Origin: Desulfobacterales bacterium
GTDB lineage: Bacteria; Desulfobacterota; Desulfobacteria; Desulfobacterales; Desulfosalsimonadaceae
Assembly (NCBI GenBank): GCA_007134875.1
Contig: SLJY01000109.1
Coordinates: 6,555 to 70,554 of the forward strand
DNA length: 64,000 bases
Direction: 5' to 3'
Part shown: positions 53,065-62,045 of the stretch, piece by piece
Position numbering within the stretch: the first letter of the stretch is position 1
How the letters are laid out: the number at the start of each line of letters is the position of its first letter
The notes under the pieces: model-generated
Databases searched by the model: none
Told to the model about the DNA's origin: nothing
What the model saw: only the letters and a program-made list of their open reading frames with translations
Translations under genes and position numbers: made by a program

Positions 53065-54777
53065 ATGGATGAAAAACGCTTTGCAGCCCATGGCGGCCCG
53101 CTTGTAAACCTGATGGTGGATGAACAACGGGCCGCGCTGTTAAAAGAGATTTCCCTCAACCTCCGGGATGTCATCTTAAGCGAACGCAATCTCTGCGACC
53201 TGGAGCTGCTGGCCATCGGCGCTTTTTCGCCCCTCGCCGGCTTCATGACCCGCCCGGACTACGAGTCGGTTCTGGACCGGATGCGCCTCCAGGACAACAC
53301 CCTCTGGCCGGTACCCGTGTGCCTGGATGTCTCCGGTAAAACGGCTAACCAGTTGGAAGCCGGACAGTCCGTGGCCCTGCGCGACGGGGAGGGATTCCTC
53401 CTTGCCGTTATGCATATCGGGGACATGTGGCCGGTGAACCGTGAAAAAGAAGCCGACATGATCTACGAAACCCGGGATCTGTCACATCCCGGGGTCCATT
53501 ACCTATATAAGACATCCGGCGATTATTACATCGGCGGCCAGTTGGAGGTGATCAACCTGCCCGTTCATTTCGATTTCAGGCAGATCCGCCTCCAACCCGA
53601 CGAGATTCGCGCCCAGTACCGGAAGCTTGGCTGGCAGCGGATCGTGGGGTTTCAGACCCGCAATCCCGTTTACCGGCCCCAGTTTGAAATGACCATCCAA
53701 GCCATGCGCCGCGCAAAGGCCAATCTGCTGATCCTGTCCGTGGTCGGCATGACCAAAAAGGATGACTTCGATCATTTCATCCGGGTCCGCTGCAATCGTA
53801 AAGTGGCGGAGCATTACCCGCCCGGCGCCGCCGTCCTGGCGCTTTTGCCCCTGGCGGTTCGCCTGTCCGGCCCCCGGGATGCGGTATTCGACGCCATTAT
53901 CGCGAAAAACTACGGCTGCACCCATTTTATAATCGGCCATGACCATGCATCCCCCGGCCCGGACAGCAGCGGCAACCTCTTTTATCCCGTTGCCCGCGCC
54001 AAGGAAATCGCCGGGTCCCTTGCCGATGAAATCGGCATCGACGTCGTCCTTTTCGAGGAGATGGTCTATCTCCCCTTCGAAGACGAATACCGCAGCGTCG
54101 ATCATGTTCCTGCCGGCGCCCAGACCATATCCCTTTCCGGATCGGATATCCGGCGGCGCATCCGCGACGGCAAAAACATTCCGGACTGGGCGGTCTTCCC
54201 GGAGGTGACCGCCGAGCTCCGCAAGGCCTATCCCCCGCCTTCCATTCAGGGGTTCACCGTGTTTCTGACGGGCCTTTCCGGGGCCGGCAAATCGACCATC
54301 GCCAAGGTGCTTTACTCCAAATTCCTGGAAATCGGCGACCGCCCCGTAACCCTGCTCGATGGCGACATCGTCCGCAGAAACCTGTCATCGGAGCTGTCCT
54401 TTTCCAGGGAGCACCGGGATTTGAACGTGCTGCGCATCGGGTTCGTGGCCAGTGAAATAACAAAGAACCGGGGGGTGGCCATCTGCGCGCCCATCGCCCC
54501 CTACGAGAGCAGCCGCCGAGAGGTCCGCTCCGTCATCGAGGCGTACGGCGGATTTGTCGAGGTCCACGTGGCCACCCCCATCGAAGAGTGCGAAAAGCGC
54601 GACCGCAAAGGCATGTACGCCAAGGCCCGCGCCGGGCTCATCACCGGCTTCACCGGCGTGGACGACCCCTACGAAGTGCCCCGCAATCCCGAGCTCAGCA
54701 TCGATACCACCGCCATCACCCCCGAGGAGGCGGCTCAGGAAGTTATGCTGTTTCTGAGCAAGCAGGGATTTAATTAA
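53065..54777 (+). CDS. ATP-sulfurylase-like domain fused to adenylylsulfate (APS) kinase
   Basis: ORF 53062..54777. The N-terminal domain is FQTRNPVYRPQFEM ... GCTHFIIGHDHASPG and the C-terminal domain is GLSGAGKSTIA, LLDGDIVRRNL, EVHVATPIEECEKRDRKGMYAKAR. Confidence 0.85.
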   Translation: MDEKRFAAHGGPLVNLMVDEQRAALLKEISLNLRDVILSERNLCDLELLAIGAFSPLAGFMTRPDYESVLDRMRLQDNTLWPVPVCLDVSGKTANQLEAGQSVALRDGEGFLLAVMHIGDMWPVNREKEADMIYETRDLSHPGVHYLYKTSGDYYIGGQLEVINLPVHFDFRQIRLQPDEIRAQYRKLGWQRIVGFQTRNPVYRPQFEMTIQAMRRAKANLLILSVVGMTKKDDFDHFIRVRCNRKVAEHYPPGAAVLALLPLAVRLSGPRDAVFDAIIAKNYGCTHFIIGHDHASPGPDSSGNLFYPVARAKEIAGSLADEIGIDVVLFEEMVYLPFEDEYRSVDHVPAGAQTISLSGSDIRRRIRDGKNIPDWAVFPEVTAELRKAYPPPSIQGFTVFLTGLSGAGKSTIAKVLYSKFLEIGDRPVTLLDGDIVRRNLSSELSFSREHRDLNVLRIGFVASEITKNRGVAICAPIAPYESSRREVRSVIEAYGGFVEVHVATPIEECEKRDRKGMYAKARAGLITGFTGVDDPYEVPRNPELSIDTTAITPEEAAQEVMLFLSKQGFN

Positions 54778-54896
54778 AGGGTCAATTAAGGGTCAGAGTG
54801 GCATTTCATCGTCAACGGAAATCGGGATGTCCGATAGCGTAGCGACTTTTTGCGGGTGCATCAGGGTTTGCCGAATATACACAAGGAATTTGAGGC

Positions 54897-54925
54897 TTGA
54901 CAAACGCACGGGCAGAAAGTAAAAT
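54897..54925 (+). promoter_or_regulatory. sigma-70-type promoter
   Basis: TTGACA(54897-54902)-N17-TAAAAT(54920-54925). Confidence 0.6.
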
Positions 54926-54940
54926 AAAATGTTTATACTG

Positions 54941-54960
54941 TTTTATAAGCGGCAGGTTAA
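54941..54960 (+). promoter_or_regulatory. shared early-leader element TTTTATAAGCGGCAGGTTAA (ops-like)
   Basis: Matches 63721-63740 at 17 of 20 positions. Both lie ~10-25 nt downstream of a sigma-70-type -10 box. The core GCGGCAG compares with the RfaH ops core GGCGGTAG. Confidence 0.4.
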
Positions 54961-55012
54961 TCGCGTTTTACGATTGTTATCATCGGAAAGGCATGTTACG
55001 CAAAAGGCCAAA

Positions 55013-55062
55013 AAAGCGGTTTTCGTTCAGGCGCTAATGCAGGGGGAATGGAACGGACGATG
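55013..55062 (+). promoter_or_regulatory. conserved leader cassette, copy d
   Basis: AAAGCGGTTTTCGTTCAGGCGCT ... GCAGGGGGAA ... ATG 55048/55060 of an 18-22-codon mini-ORF. Confidence 0.45.
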
Positions 55063-55112
55063 CATCATCTCATCACCATAGGACTGCCCGGTACGGCGGG
55101 GAAGGCTGCGGC

Positions 55113-55358
55113 ATGATTAATATCGGGTTGATCATTGCCGCCGGGGTTCTCGTCATCTATCTGGTATTGGGACCTATCGTCATTATGGGCATCTATTCCT
55201 TTCTGGACCGGATGGCCGAAAAGGCGGGAGAGCAGGAAAAAACGGATTCGACGCCCCGGGGCAAAAAAGATCCGGCGTTGTGGACTTCCAGGGATGTCCG
55301 GCGCTATATGCTAAAACACCGGCGGTTTCGTTCCGGCGATGGCGATTATAGATTATAA
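55113..55358 (+). CDS. small membrane protein (81 aa)
   Basis: N-terminal TM MINIGLIIAAGVLVIYLVLGPIVIMGIYSFL and a basic C-terminus. Its ATG overlaps the mini-ORF stop (ATGA). Confidence 0.45.
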   Translation: MINIGLIIAAGVLVIYLVLGPIVIMGIYSFLDRMAEKAGEQEKTDSTPRGKKDPALWTSRDVRRYMLKHRRFRSGDGDYRL

Positions 55359-55389
55359 TGGATGAGTGCAGCAGGTAAAAAAACCGCTT

Positions 55390-57066
55390 ATGCGAGATTT
55401 CTTAAAAAAGTGGAAAAAATATTTTGTATTTGTCGCCCTGCTGAGTTGTTTCATCAACATTCTTCAACTCACCTTCGCCTTTTACATGTTCACGATCTAT
55501 CGCAACATCGTTGCGAGTCATCACGAGCCGTCCCTGTATACAATTACCGTCATCGCGATCTACGCCCTTGTGAGCCTGGGCTTTTTCAACTACCTGCGCA
55601 CGCGCCTGCTCAACACGGCGGGCGTGGACCTCGACCAGTCCATGGGCTCGTCGGTATTCCGGCACGTAATCAGAATGTTTTCCATTCCCGCGGCCAACCG
55701 GTACACGCAGGGCGTCAGCGACCTGACCACGGTTCGCAATTATTTCAATAACCCGGGCCTCTATGCCCTGTTCGACGCCCCGTGGGCGCCGCTGTACCTG
55801 CTTTTGATCTATTTTTTCCATCCGGTTCTGGGGCTCGTGGCCACCGCCGGGGCGGTTTTGATTTTTATTCTGAGCCTCCTGCAGGACAGGCTGACACGCT
55901 CTCGTCTGGGCCGTGCCAATGCGAACTACGCGCGCAACCAGCGCATGGTCGATACCGCGCTCCGGAACGCCGAGACGATCAACGCCATGGGTATGGCTTC
56001 CGACATCAGCGGGCGCTGGGAGCGTTCCAACGAGTCGGTCATCGCGGACCAGACCATCGCCAGCCGTTACGCCGGCGCCCTGCAGAGCATGACCCGGCCT
56101 GTTCAGATCATGATGCAGGTGCTCATCTACGGCATTGGCGCGTATTACGCCATTACCGCCATGTTCGATGTCGGACTGATGGTGGCCTCGGCGATTATCA
56201 TGGGCCAGGCGGTCGGCCCCATTATGCGGGCCATGGGTGCATGGCGGTTCACCGTCCAGGCCGGAGCGGCCTACGCCCGACTCAACCGGTTTTTAGGCGC
56301 CATTTCCCGCCAGGGCGAAAAAATGACCCTTCCGCCGCCGGAAGGGCGCATCGAATCGCGCAACATCATGCTCAGAATCGGCGAGACCCGCCTGCTTGAA
56401 AATGTATCCTTTGCCCTTTCTCCCGGCGATATAATGGGTGTGGTCGGGCCTTCCGGGGCGGGAAAAAGCACCCTCTGCCGGATCGTTACGGGCGCATGGC
56501 CCGTTACGGCGGGTGAAATCCGTCTTGACGGCGTGGACTTGTTTTATTGGGATCAGGACGCCCTGGGCCGCCACGTTGGCTATCTTCCCCAGGAGGTGGA
56601 GCTTTTCCGCGCTTCGATAGCCGAAAATATCGCCCGCATGGGAGACGTGGACGAAGAAGCGGTGCGGGGGGCGGCTGAGGCTGCCGGTATCCGTCAGTGG
56701 ATCGAGTCGCTTCCGGACGGCATGCACGCAAAACTCTATGGTTCGGACGGCATCGCCCCGTCCGGCGGCCAGCGTCAGCGTATCGGGCTAGCACGCGCCC
56801 TTTACGGCGGCGCCCGGGTGCTGGTGCTTGACGAGCCCAATTCGAACCTGGATGCGGAAGGCGAAGCGGCCCTGACGGCCTTTCTGCGGAAAATCCGCGA
56901 AGGTCGTTTCGCAACCTGCATCATTGTAACGCACAAGCAGGAAATCCTCCTGTCGGCCGATAAAATCCTGGTCCTGGCCGACGGAAAGACCACTGCTTTC
57001 GGGCCGAGGGATAAGGTGTTCCGCCATCTTGCGGTCGCGCAATCTGCCGGCAGGAAAGCGGTGTAG
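55390..57066 (+). CDS. type I secretion ABC transporter (permease/ATPase, PrtD/HasD type, no C39 peptidase domain), paralog 1
   Basis: ORF 55366..57066 (GTG). ATG 55390 (MRDFLKKWKKYF) aligns with the N-terminus of paralog 2 (MREFLRKWMKFF). GPSGAGKSTL, SGGQRQRIGLARAL, VLVLDEPNSNLD. Confidence 0.85.
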   Translation: MRDFLKKWKKYFVFVALLSCFINILQLTFAFYMFTIYRNIVASHHEPSLYTITVIAIYALVSLGFFNYLRTRLLNTAGVDLDQSMGSSVFRHVIRMFSIPAANRYTQGVSDLTTVRNYFNNPGLYALFDAPWAPLYLLLIYFFHPVLGLVATAGAVLIFILSLLQDRLTRSRLGRANANYARNQRMVDTALRNAETINAMGMASDISGRWERSNESVIADQTIASRYAGALQSMTRPVQIMMQVLIYGIGAYYAITAMFDVGLMVASAIIMGQAVGPIMRAMGAWRFTVQAGAAYARLNRFLGAISRQGEKMTLPPPEGRIESRNIMLRIGETRLLENVSFALSPGDIMGVVGPSGAGKSTLCRIVTGAWPVTAGEIRLDGVDLFYWDQDALGRHVGYLPQEVELFRASIAENIARMGDVDEEAVRGAAEAAGIRQWIESLPDGMHAKLYGSDGIAPSGGQRQRIGLARALYGGARVLVLDEPNSNLDAEGEAALTAFLRKIREGRFATCIIVTHKQEILLSADKILVLADGKTTAFGPRDKVFRHLAVAQSAGRKAV

Positions 57067-57216
57067 ACCCATTGACCGATGCGGGCTGCACCGCTGTATT
57101 TGCAAATCTTATAAATAGTGCCCGGAGGAAAACCGGGGTTTTTCGTCAAGTCAAGAACCGTGAAAATTTTAACAGCAGGAATACTTCGCGTATTTTGAGG
57201 GTTAAAATTTTGATGC

Positions 57217-57381
57217 ACTCGTAAAGGTCGCGATCTGACGGCTTTGTAAAAAGTTCAGGATTAAGGCTTGCGCGATTTCGAAGAATGCAATGTACTTGGC
57301 GTACGTGCATGTTTACAAGGCGTAAGCCGCAAATTCTGAAAAATCGCGCGTAACGCAGATATTGGACTTTTTACGAAGCCG
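57217..57381. repeat. MITE-like repeat copy
   Basis: Nearly collinear with 11618-11761: CGGCTTTGTAAAAAGTTCAGGATTAAGGCTTGCGCGATTTCGAAGAATGCA ... GATATTGGACTTTTTACGAAGCCG. Confidence 0.85.
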
Positions 57382-57414
57382 TCAAATTTGAGCCGGACGC
57401 AAAAAAGGGCGGAA

Positions 57415-57462
57415 AAGACGGTTTTCGGTCAGGCACTAGTTAATCAAGGATGGTCCATTTTG
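57415..57462 (+). promoter_or_regulatory. conserved leader cassette, copy e
   Basis: AAGACGGTTTTCGGTCAGGCACT ... AATCAAGGA, ending at the proposed TTG start 57460 of the TolC-like gene. Confidence 0.45.
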
Positions 57463-58869
57463 GTACGAAAACGATTGTTTGGCAGAGCACTGCTGATTTT
57501 TGCCGGTTGCTGCCTGTGGCTGTTTGTCGCACTACCCGTAGGAGCTGAAACGGCTGCCGAAGACGGCAACGATGCGGGCGTCGAGGCCTACACCCTGGAG
57601 CAGGCCATCGATCGCGCTCTTTCGGTCAATCCCCGCATTCAGGGGGCCCGCTCGGAGATCGACAAGGCCGATTCCGATATTGCGCTGCGCCGTGGTGAGT
57701 ATTTCCCCACGCTCAGCGCCCAATCATACATCGAGCGGATCGATAACATCCGGGCGCGGGGGCAGGAAGACCCGGATTATCTCGACCAGCAGATCATGGG
57801 CGTTACCTTTCGCCTGTCCCAACCCCTGTTTGCCGGTATGACCATATTTAATTCCCACCAGAAGTCGATTCTGGACAGGGCCCGCATCGATGCCTGGAGC
57901 CGCCAGCAGAATCATGACCTGGCCCTGGAGGTCCGATTGCATTTTCTGGAATTGTACAAGGCGCGCGAGGATTCCAAAAGTTTCCGCGACGCGGTGCGGC
58001 GGCTGGAAACCGGCGTGGAGGCGGCGGAGGCTTTTCACGAGCGCCGCCTGATGCCGTATACGGAGGTGCTCCAGGCATACGTGGATCTCGCCGAGGCCCG
58101 GCAGCAGCTCAGCCAGGCCGAAAACCTCGTGGAGACCACCAAGGTCCGGCTCAACATCCTGCTGGGTTTTTCGGTGCACCGGGATATTTCCTACCTGGGC
58201 GATCTTGAGCGGGGCGATCCCCTTTCCGAGTCCTTCCGGGAGCTGCTGGAATACGCCTACCGGCACCGGCCTGAGCTGGAAGTGGCCCAAAAGAGCGTTG
58301 AAATGGCCGAAAAGGACCGGAATATCGCTCGCGGCCGCTACCTGCCGGAGATCAATGCCACGGTGGACTACCACATCCGGGATGTCGACTACGATGAGCG
58401 GGGGGAGCAATTCGGTCAGACGATTGATCGCGACCGCCGGAACTACTACTGGACCGCCGGTATCCGCCTCAACTGGGAGTTCGGTTTAGGCGGGCAGCAG
58501 ATCCACCGGCATTCCAAAGCGAACCACGAGCTTCAGCGCCTCCGTCATAACCGGGAGCAGGCCCGCAACGAGGTAACCGGTGAAGTGCGGACCTACTTCA
58601 TGAACATCCGGGAGGCCGCCGACCGCATACGGACCATGGAGGCGGCGATTGAACACGCCCGGCAGGGCTACAGCCGGGCGGAAAGCCGCTTCGATCTCCG
58701 CATGGGAACCATATCGGAGCTTCTGGATGCCCAGGCGCGCCTGAGCCGCACCGAGGCCGGCTACAACGAGGCGGTGGCGGACTACTTATCCAACCGGGCA
58801 AGGCTCTACCATGCCATGGGCCGCGATAAGCGGCTGCTGGCGGAGGCAACGGGGTCTGAAAACGATTGA
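57460..58869 (+). CDS. TolC-family outer membrane efflux protein
   Basis: ORF 57388..58869 (its TTG lies inside the MITE). TTG 57460 is preferred for its AAGGA SD and the signal peptide VRKRLFGRALLIFAGCCLWLFVALPVGA. Two TolC-type repeats. Confidence 0.8.
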   Translation: MVRKRLFGRALLIFAGCCLWLFVALPVGAETAAEDGNDAGVEAYTLEQAIDRALSVNPRIQGARSEIDKADSDIALRRGEYFPTLSAQSYIERIDNIRARGQEDPDYLDQQIMGVTFRLSQPLFAGMTIFNSHQKSILDRARIDAWSRQQNHDLALEVRLHFLELYKAREDSKSFRDAVRRLETGVEAAEAFHERRLMPYTEVLQAYVDLAEARQQLSQAENLVETTKVRLNILLGFSVHRDISYLGDLERGDPLSESFRELLEYAYRHRPELEVAQKSVEMAEKDRNIARGRYLPEINATVDYHIRDVDYDERGEQFGQTIDRDRRNYYWTAGIRLNWEFGLGGQQIHRHSKANHELQRLRHNREQARNEVTGEVRTYFMNIREAADRIRTMEAAIEHARQGYSRAESRFDLRMGTISELLDAQARLSRTEAGYNEAVADYLSNRARLYHAMGRDKRLLAEATGSEND

Positions 58870-58958
58870 ACGGCCGTTTTCGCCAAGGGTCCGCATAAAC
58901 GTTCATACTACCCAATTCATCCCCGGAACCGATTGTTCGGGGATCAGCAGGAGTCAAT

Positions 58959-60644
58959 ATGCGCGAGTTTCTGAGAAAGTGGATGAAGTTTTTCTGGATA
59001 GCGGGTTTTTTCAGCCTGTTTATCAACCTGCTTTACCTGACGTTTCCCATCTACATGCTGGCTGTCTACGAGCGCGTGCTATACAGCTATTCTATGTCGA
59101 CGCTCACCACGCTGACCATCATGGCGGCCACGGCGCTCATTGTGCTGGGCGGCCTTGACTTTCTCAGGTCCCGGCTGCTGATCCACGTCGGCGTTGATAT
59201 GGACAATACGCTTTCCCGTCCGGTATTTTCCGAAATGCTCAACGACCGCTGCCGCATCGGCGGGCTGGGATACACCGAGGGGCTCAGGGACGTCAATACC
59301 CTGCGCAATTTTTTCTCCGGCAATGCCGTATTCGCGATCTTCGATGCCCCCTGGACGCCGCTTTATATCCTGGTGATGTTTTTCATGCACCCCGTGCTTG
59401 GATATTTCGCCATTGCCGCGGCGGTGATTCTTTTTCTTCTGGCGCTTTTCCAGGAGATCCTGACCCGCCGTAAGATGGATCGGTCCGGCGCCATGGAATC
59501 CGTATCGCACCAGTTCGCCAACACCTGCATGCGAAATGCCGAAGTGATCAGCGCGATGGGCATGACGCCCGGGGTTATCAACCGATGGCGGGAAACCGGC
59601 GACGAGGCCCTTGCGCTGCGCAACGAGGCTAATTCCGTGTCCGGGGCCATGAGCGCCGCCACCACGAGTTTTCGCTCCGCCATGCAGGTTCTGGTTTTCG
59701 GATTGGGTGCTTACCTGGTTTTGCAGAACCAGTCCACCCCGGGCATCATTATCGCCGCTTCCATCATTATGCGGCAGGCCCTCGGCCCGGTGGAAAAGAT
59801 TATCGGAAGCTGGCGTCAGACGGTGGAAGCCCGCGCGGCATACCGCCGGCTGGACGAGCTGATTCAGGCCGCGCCCGCAGCCGAAGAAATGGAGCTGCCC
59901 GAACCTGCCGGCCGCCTGGAAGCCGAGGGCGCCTCGCTATCCCTGGAAGGCAAGCCCATCCTCCAGAACATTGCATTTGGCATCGACGCCGGCTCGATGT
60001 TGGGCTTGATCGGTCCTTCCGGTGCGGGAAAGACAACGCTCTGCCGGCTGATCCTGGGACTGTGGCCTGCCATGGGCGGCAAGATACGGCTAGACAGCTA
60101 CGATGTCCATGCTTGGAATCAGCAGGAGCTGGGCGCCTATATTGGCTATCTGCCACAGGATCCGGAGCTTTTTCCCGGCACCGTCAGCGAAAACATCGCC
60201 CGGATGGGGGATGTGGACCCTGAAAAGGTCGTAGCCGCCGCGCGGACCGCCGGAATCCATGAGATGGTGCTCAAGCTGCCCAAAGGCTATGATACCTGGG
60301 TGGGTGACGACGGCGTGCGTTTGTCCGGCGGCCAGCGGCAGCGGGTCGCACTGGCCCGGGCGCTTTACGGCGACCCGAGGCTCGTGGTTCTGGACGAACC
60401 CAACTCCAACCTGGACGATGCCGGCGAAAAAGCCCTCATGGAGGCCCTGGAGCGGCTGCGCGAGAAAAAGACGACTGTTGTGATTGTCACCCACAAGCCG
60501 GCATTGCTTTCCGGCGTGGACAATATCCTGATGCTCAAGGACGGCCGTGTCGCGCATTTCGGGCCGAGAGACGAGGTTTTCAGGAAGCTGGCCTCGCAGC
60601 AGCAGCAGGAGAGAGGGCACAATCCCGGGGCAGGCGGGCGGTGA
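58959..60644 (+). CDS. type I secretion ABC transporter (permease/ATPase), paralog 2
   Basis: 561 aa with GPSGAGKTTL, LSGGQRQRVALARAL, LVVLDEPNSNLD, VVIVTHK. Confidence 0.88.
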   Translation: MREFLRKWMKFFWIAGFFSLFINLLYLTFPIYMLAVYERVLYSYSMSTLTTLTIMAATALIVLGGLDFLRSRLLIHVGVDMDNTLSRPVFSEMLNDRCRIGGLGYTEGLRDVNTLRNFFSGNAVFAIFDAPWTPLYILVMFFMHPVLGYFAIAAAVILFLLALFQEILTRRKMDRSGAMESVSHQFANTCMRNAEVISAMGMTPGVINRWRETGDEALALRNEANSVSGAMSAATTSFRSAMQVLVFGLGAYLVLQNQSTPGIIIAASIIMRQALGPVEKIIGSWRQTVEARAAYRRLDELIQAAPAAEEMELPEPAGRLEAEGASLSLEGKPILQNIAFGIDAGSMLGLIGPSGAGKTTLCRLILGLWPAMGGKIRLDSYDVHAWNQQELGAYIGYLPQDPELFPGTVSENIARMGDVDPEKVVAAARTAGIHEMVLKLPKGYDTWVGDDGVRLSGGQRQRVALARALYGDPRLVVLDEPNSNLDDAGEKALMEALERLREKKTTVVIVTHKPALLSGVDNILMLKDGRVAHFGPRDEVFRKLASQQQQERGHNPGAGGR

Positions 60645-60713
60645 TGACCGTTTGAGCGTCTGCTGCAGGAAGCATTCAAAAGAATCAATATTGTAACGCA
60701 AGGTGGAACCATT

Positions 60714-62045
60714 ATGGCAGAAACAGAGAAACCGGCGCAGGAAAAAAGCCTGCGGTCCAACCCGAAGCCGCTTATCATTGCCGGCTTCGCAGTGATTCTG
60801 GTGTTTTTCGGGGGTATAGCGGCCTGGTCGGCCTTTCTTCCCTTTTCCGGGGCGGTGATTGCAACAGGCGTGGTCAAGGTCTCCCATGAGCGTCAAACCG
60901 TCCAGCACCTCGAAGGCGGGATCGTTGAAGACATTTTCGTCCGGGAAGGGGATTCCGTTGATTCCGGCGATGTGCTCATGCGCCTTCGACGCCCGGAAAC
61001 CGATGCCCAGGTATCCATGATCCGCAGCCAGATCCGGGCCCGAACGGCCCAGGCGGCCCGTCTCCGGGCGGAAAGCCGGATGGCGGACGAAATCCAGTGG
61101 CCGGAGTCGATTCTTTCCCGTCAGGATGATGATCCCGAAGTAGCCGACGTGATGGAAATGGAGGGCGAAATCTTTACATCCCGGCGCAATACCCTCAATG
61201 GCCGGATTTCCCTGCACGAATCACAGGTTGCCCAGTTGCAGGAGCAGGTAATGGGAATGCAGGAGGAGTATGAGGCCCAGAAGGAAATCGTGGAAACCCT
61301 GGAAGAGGAAATCGAGGCCAAGCAGTCCCTCTACGAGGCGGACCATATCGACCGGACCGAAATTCTGGAGTTGACCCGCCGCCTGGCCGAGCACCGAGGC
61401 CGGGCCGGACGGCTCCGCCAGGACATCGCGGAGGCCCGCCAGAAAAAGGAGGAGCTGCGCCTCCAGATCGTAAACCTCCGGGATGACTACGTGGAAGAGG
61501 CTTTTACCCAATTGGGGCGCGTGCAGGACGATATTTACGAGCTCAACGACAGGCTGCTTCCCCAGCTGGACGCCCAGAGCCGGCTGACGCTCCGTGCGCC
61601 CATTGCCGGCGAGGTCATCAACATGAAAGTCCACTCCCGAACTACCGGCGTCATCCAGCCGGGGCAGGAAATTCTGGATATCGTTCCCAGGGAGGCCGAG
61701 CTGATCGTGGAGGCCCGTGTTCAGCCCGACGATATTACCAATATCATGAAGGGCCAGTCCGTCCGCGTGCAGATAACGCCCTTCAACCGGCGGACCACGC
61801 CGCCGGTCAACGGGGTGATCGAGCATGTTTCCGGCGACCATGTTACCCGCGAGACGGCCCGCGGCGAGGAGAAATATTACGTCACCCACATCCGCATCGA
61901 CGAGGCGGAACTCAATGAAGCGGGTATTTATCTTTCTCCCGGCATGCCGGCCGTAAGCTACATCGAAACCGAGGAGCGCACGATACTGGGGTATCTCCTT
62001 GATCCGATCATCGAGATGATGGATCGTTCCCTCCGGGAGCCCTAA
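60714..62045 (+). CDS. HlyD-family type I secretion membrane fusion protein
   Basis: 443 aa with an N-terminal TM, GVVKVSHERQTVQHLEGGIV, a long coiled coil, and LRAPIAGEVINMKVH. Confidence 0.88.
   Translation: MAETEKPAQEKSLRSNPKPLIIAGFAVILVFFGGIAAWSAFLPFSGAVIATGVVKVSHERQTVQHLEGGIVEDIFVREGDSVDSGDVLMRLRRPETDAQVSMIRSQIRARTAQAARLRAESRMADEIQWPESILSRQDDDPEVADVMEMEGEIFTSRRNTLNGRISLHESQVAQLQEQVMGMQEEYEAQKEIVETLEEEIEAKQSLYEADHIDRTEILELTRRLAEHRGRAGRLRQDIAEARQKKEELRLQIVNLRDDYVEEAFTQLGRVQDDIYELNDRLLPQLDAQSRLTLRAPIAGEVINMKVHSRTTGVIQPGQEILDIVPREAELIVEARVQPDDITNIMKGQSVRVQITPFNRRTTPPVNGVIEHVSGDHVTRETARGEEKYYVTHIRIDEAELNEAGIYLSPGMPAVSYIETEERTILGYLLDPIIEMMDRSLREP

Noticed and set aside
11583-57381. Dispersed repeats as a CRISPR array.
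   Set aside because: The copies are 120-165 nt, internally palindromic, irregularly spaced over 46 kb and in both orientations, with no short direct repeats and unique spacers.
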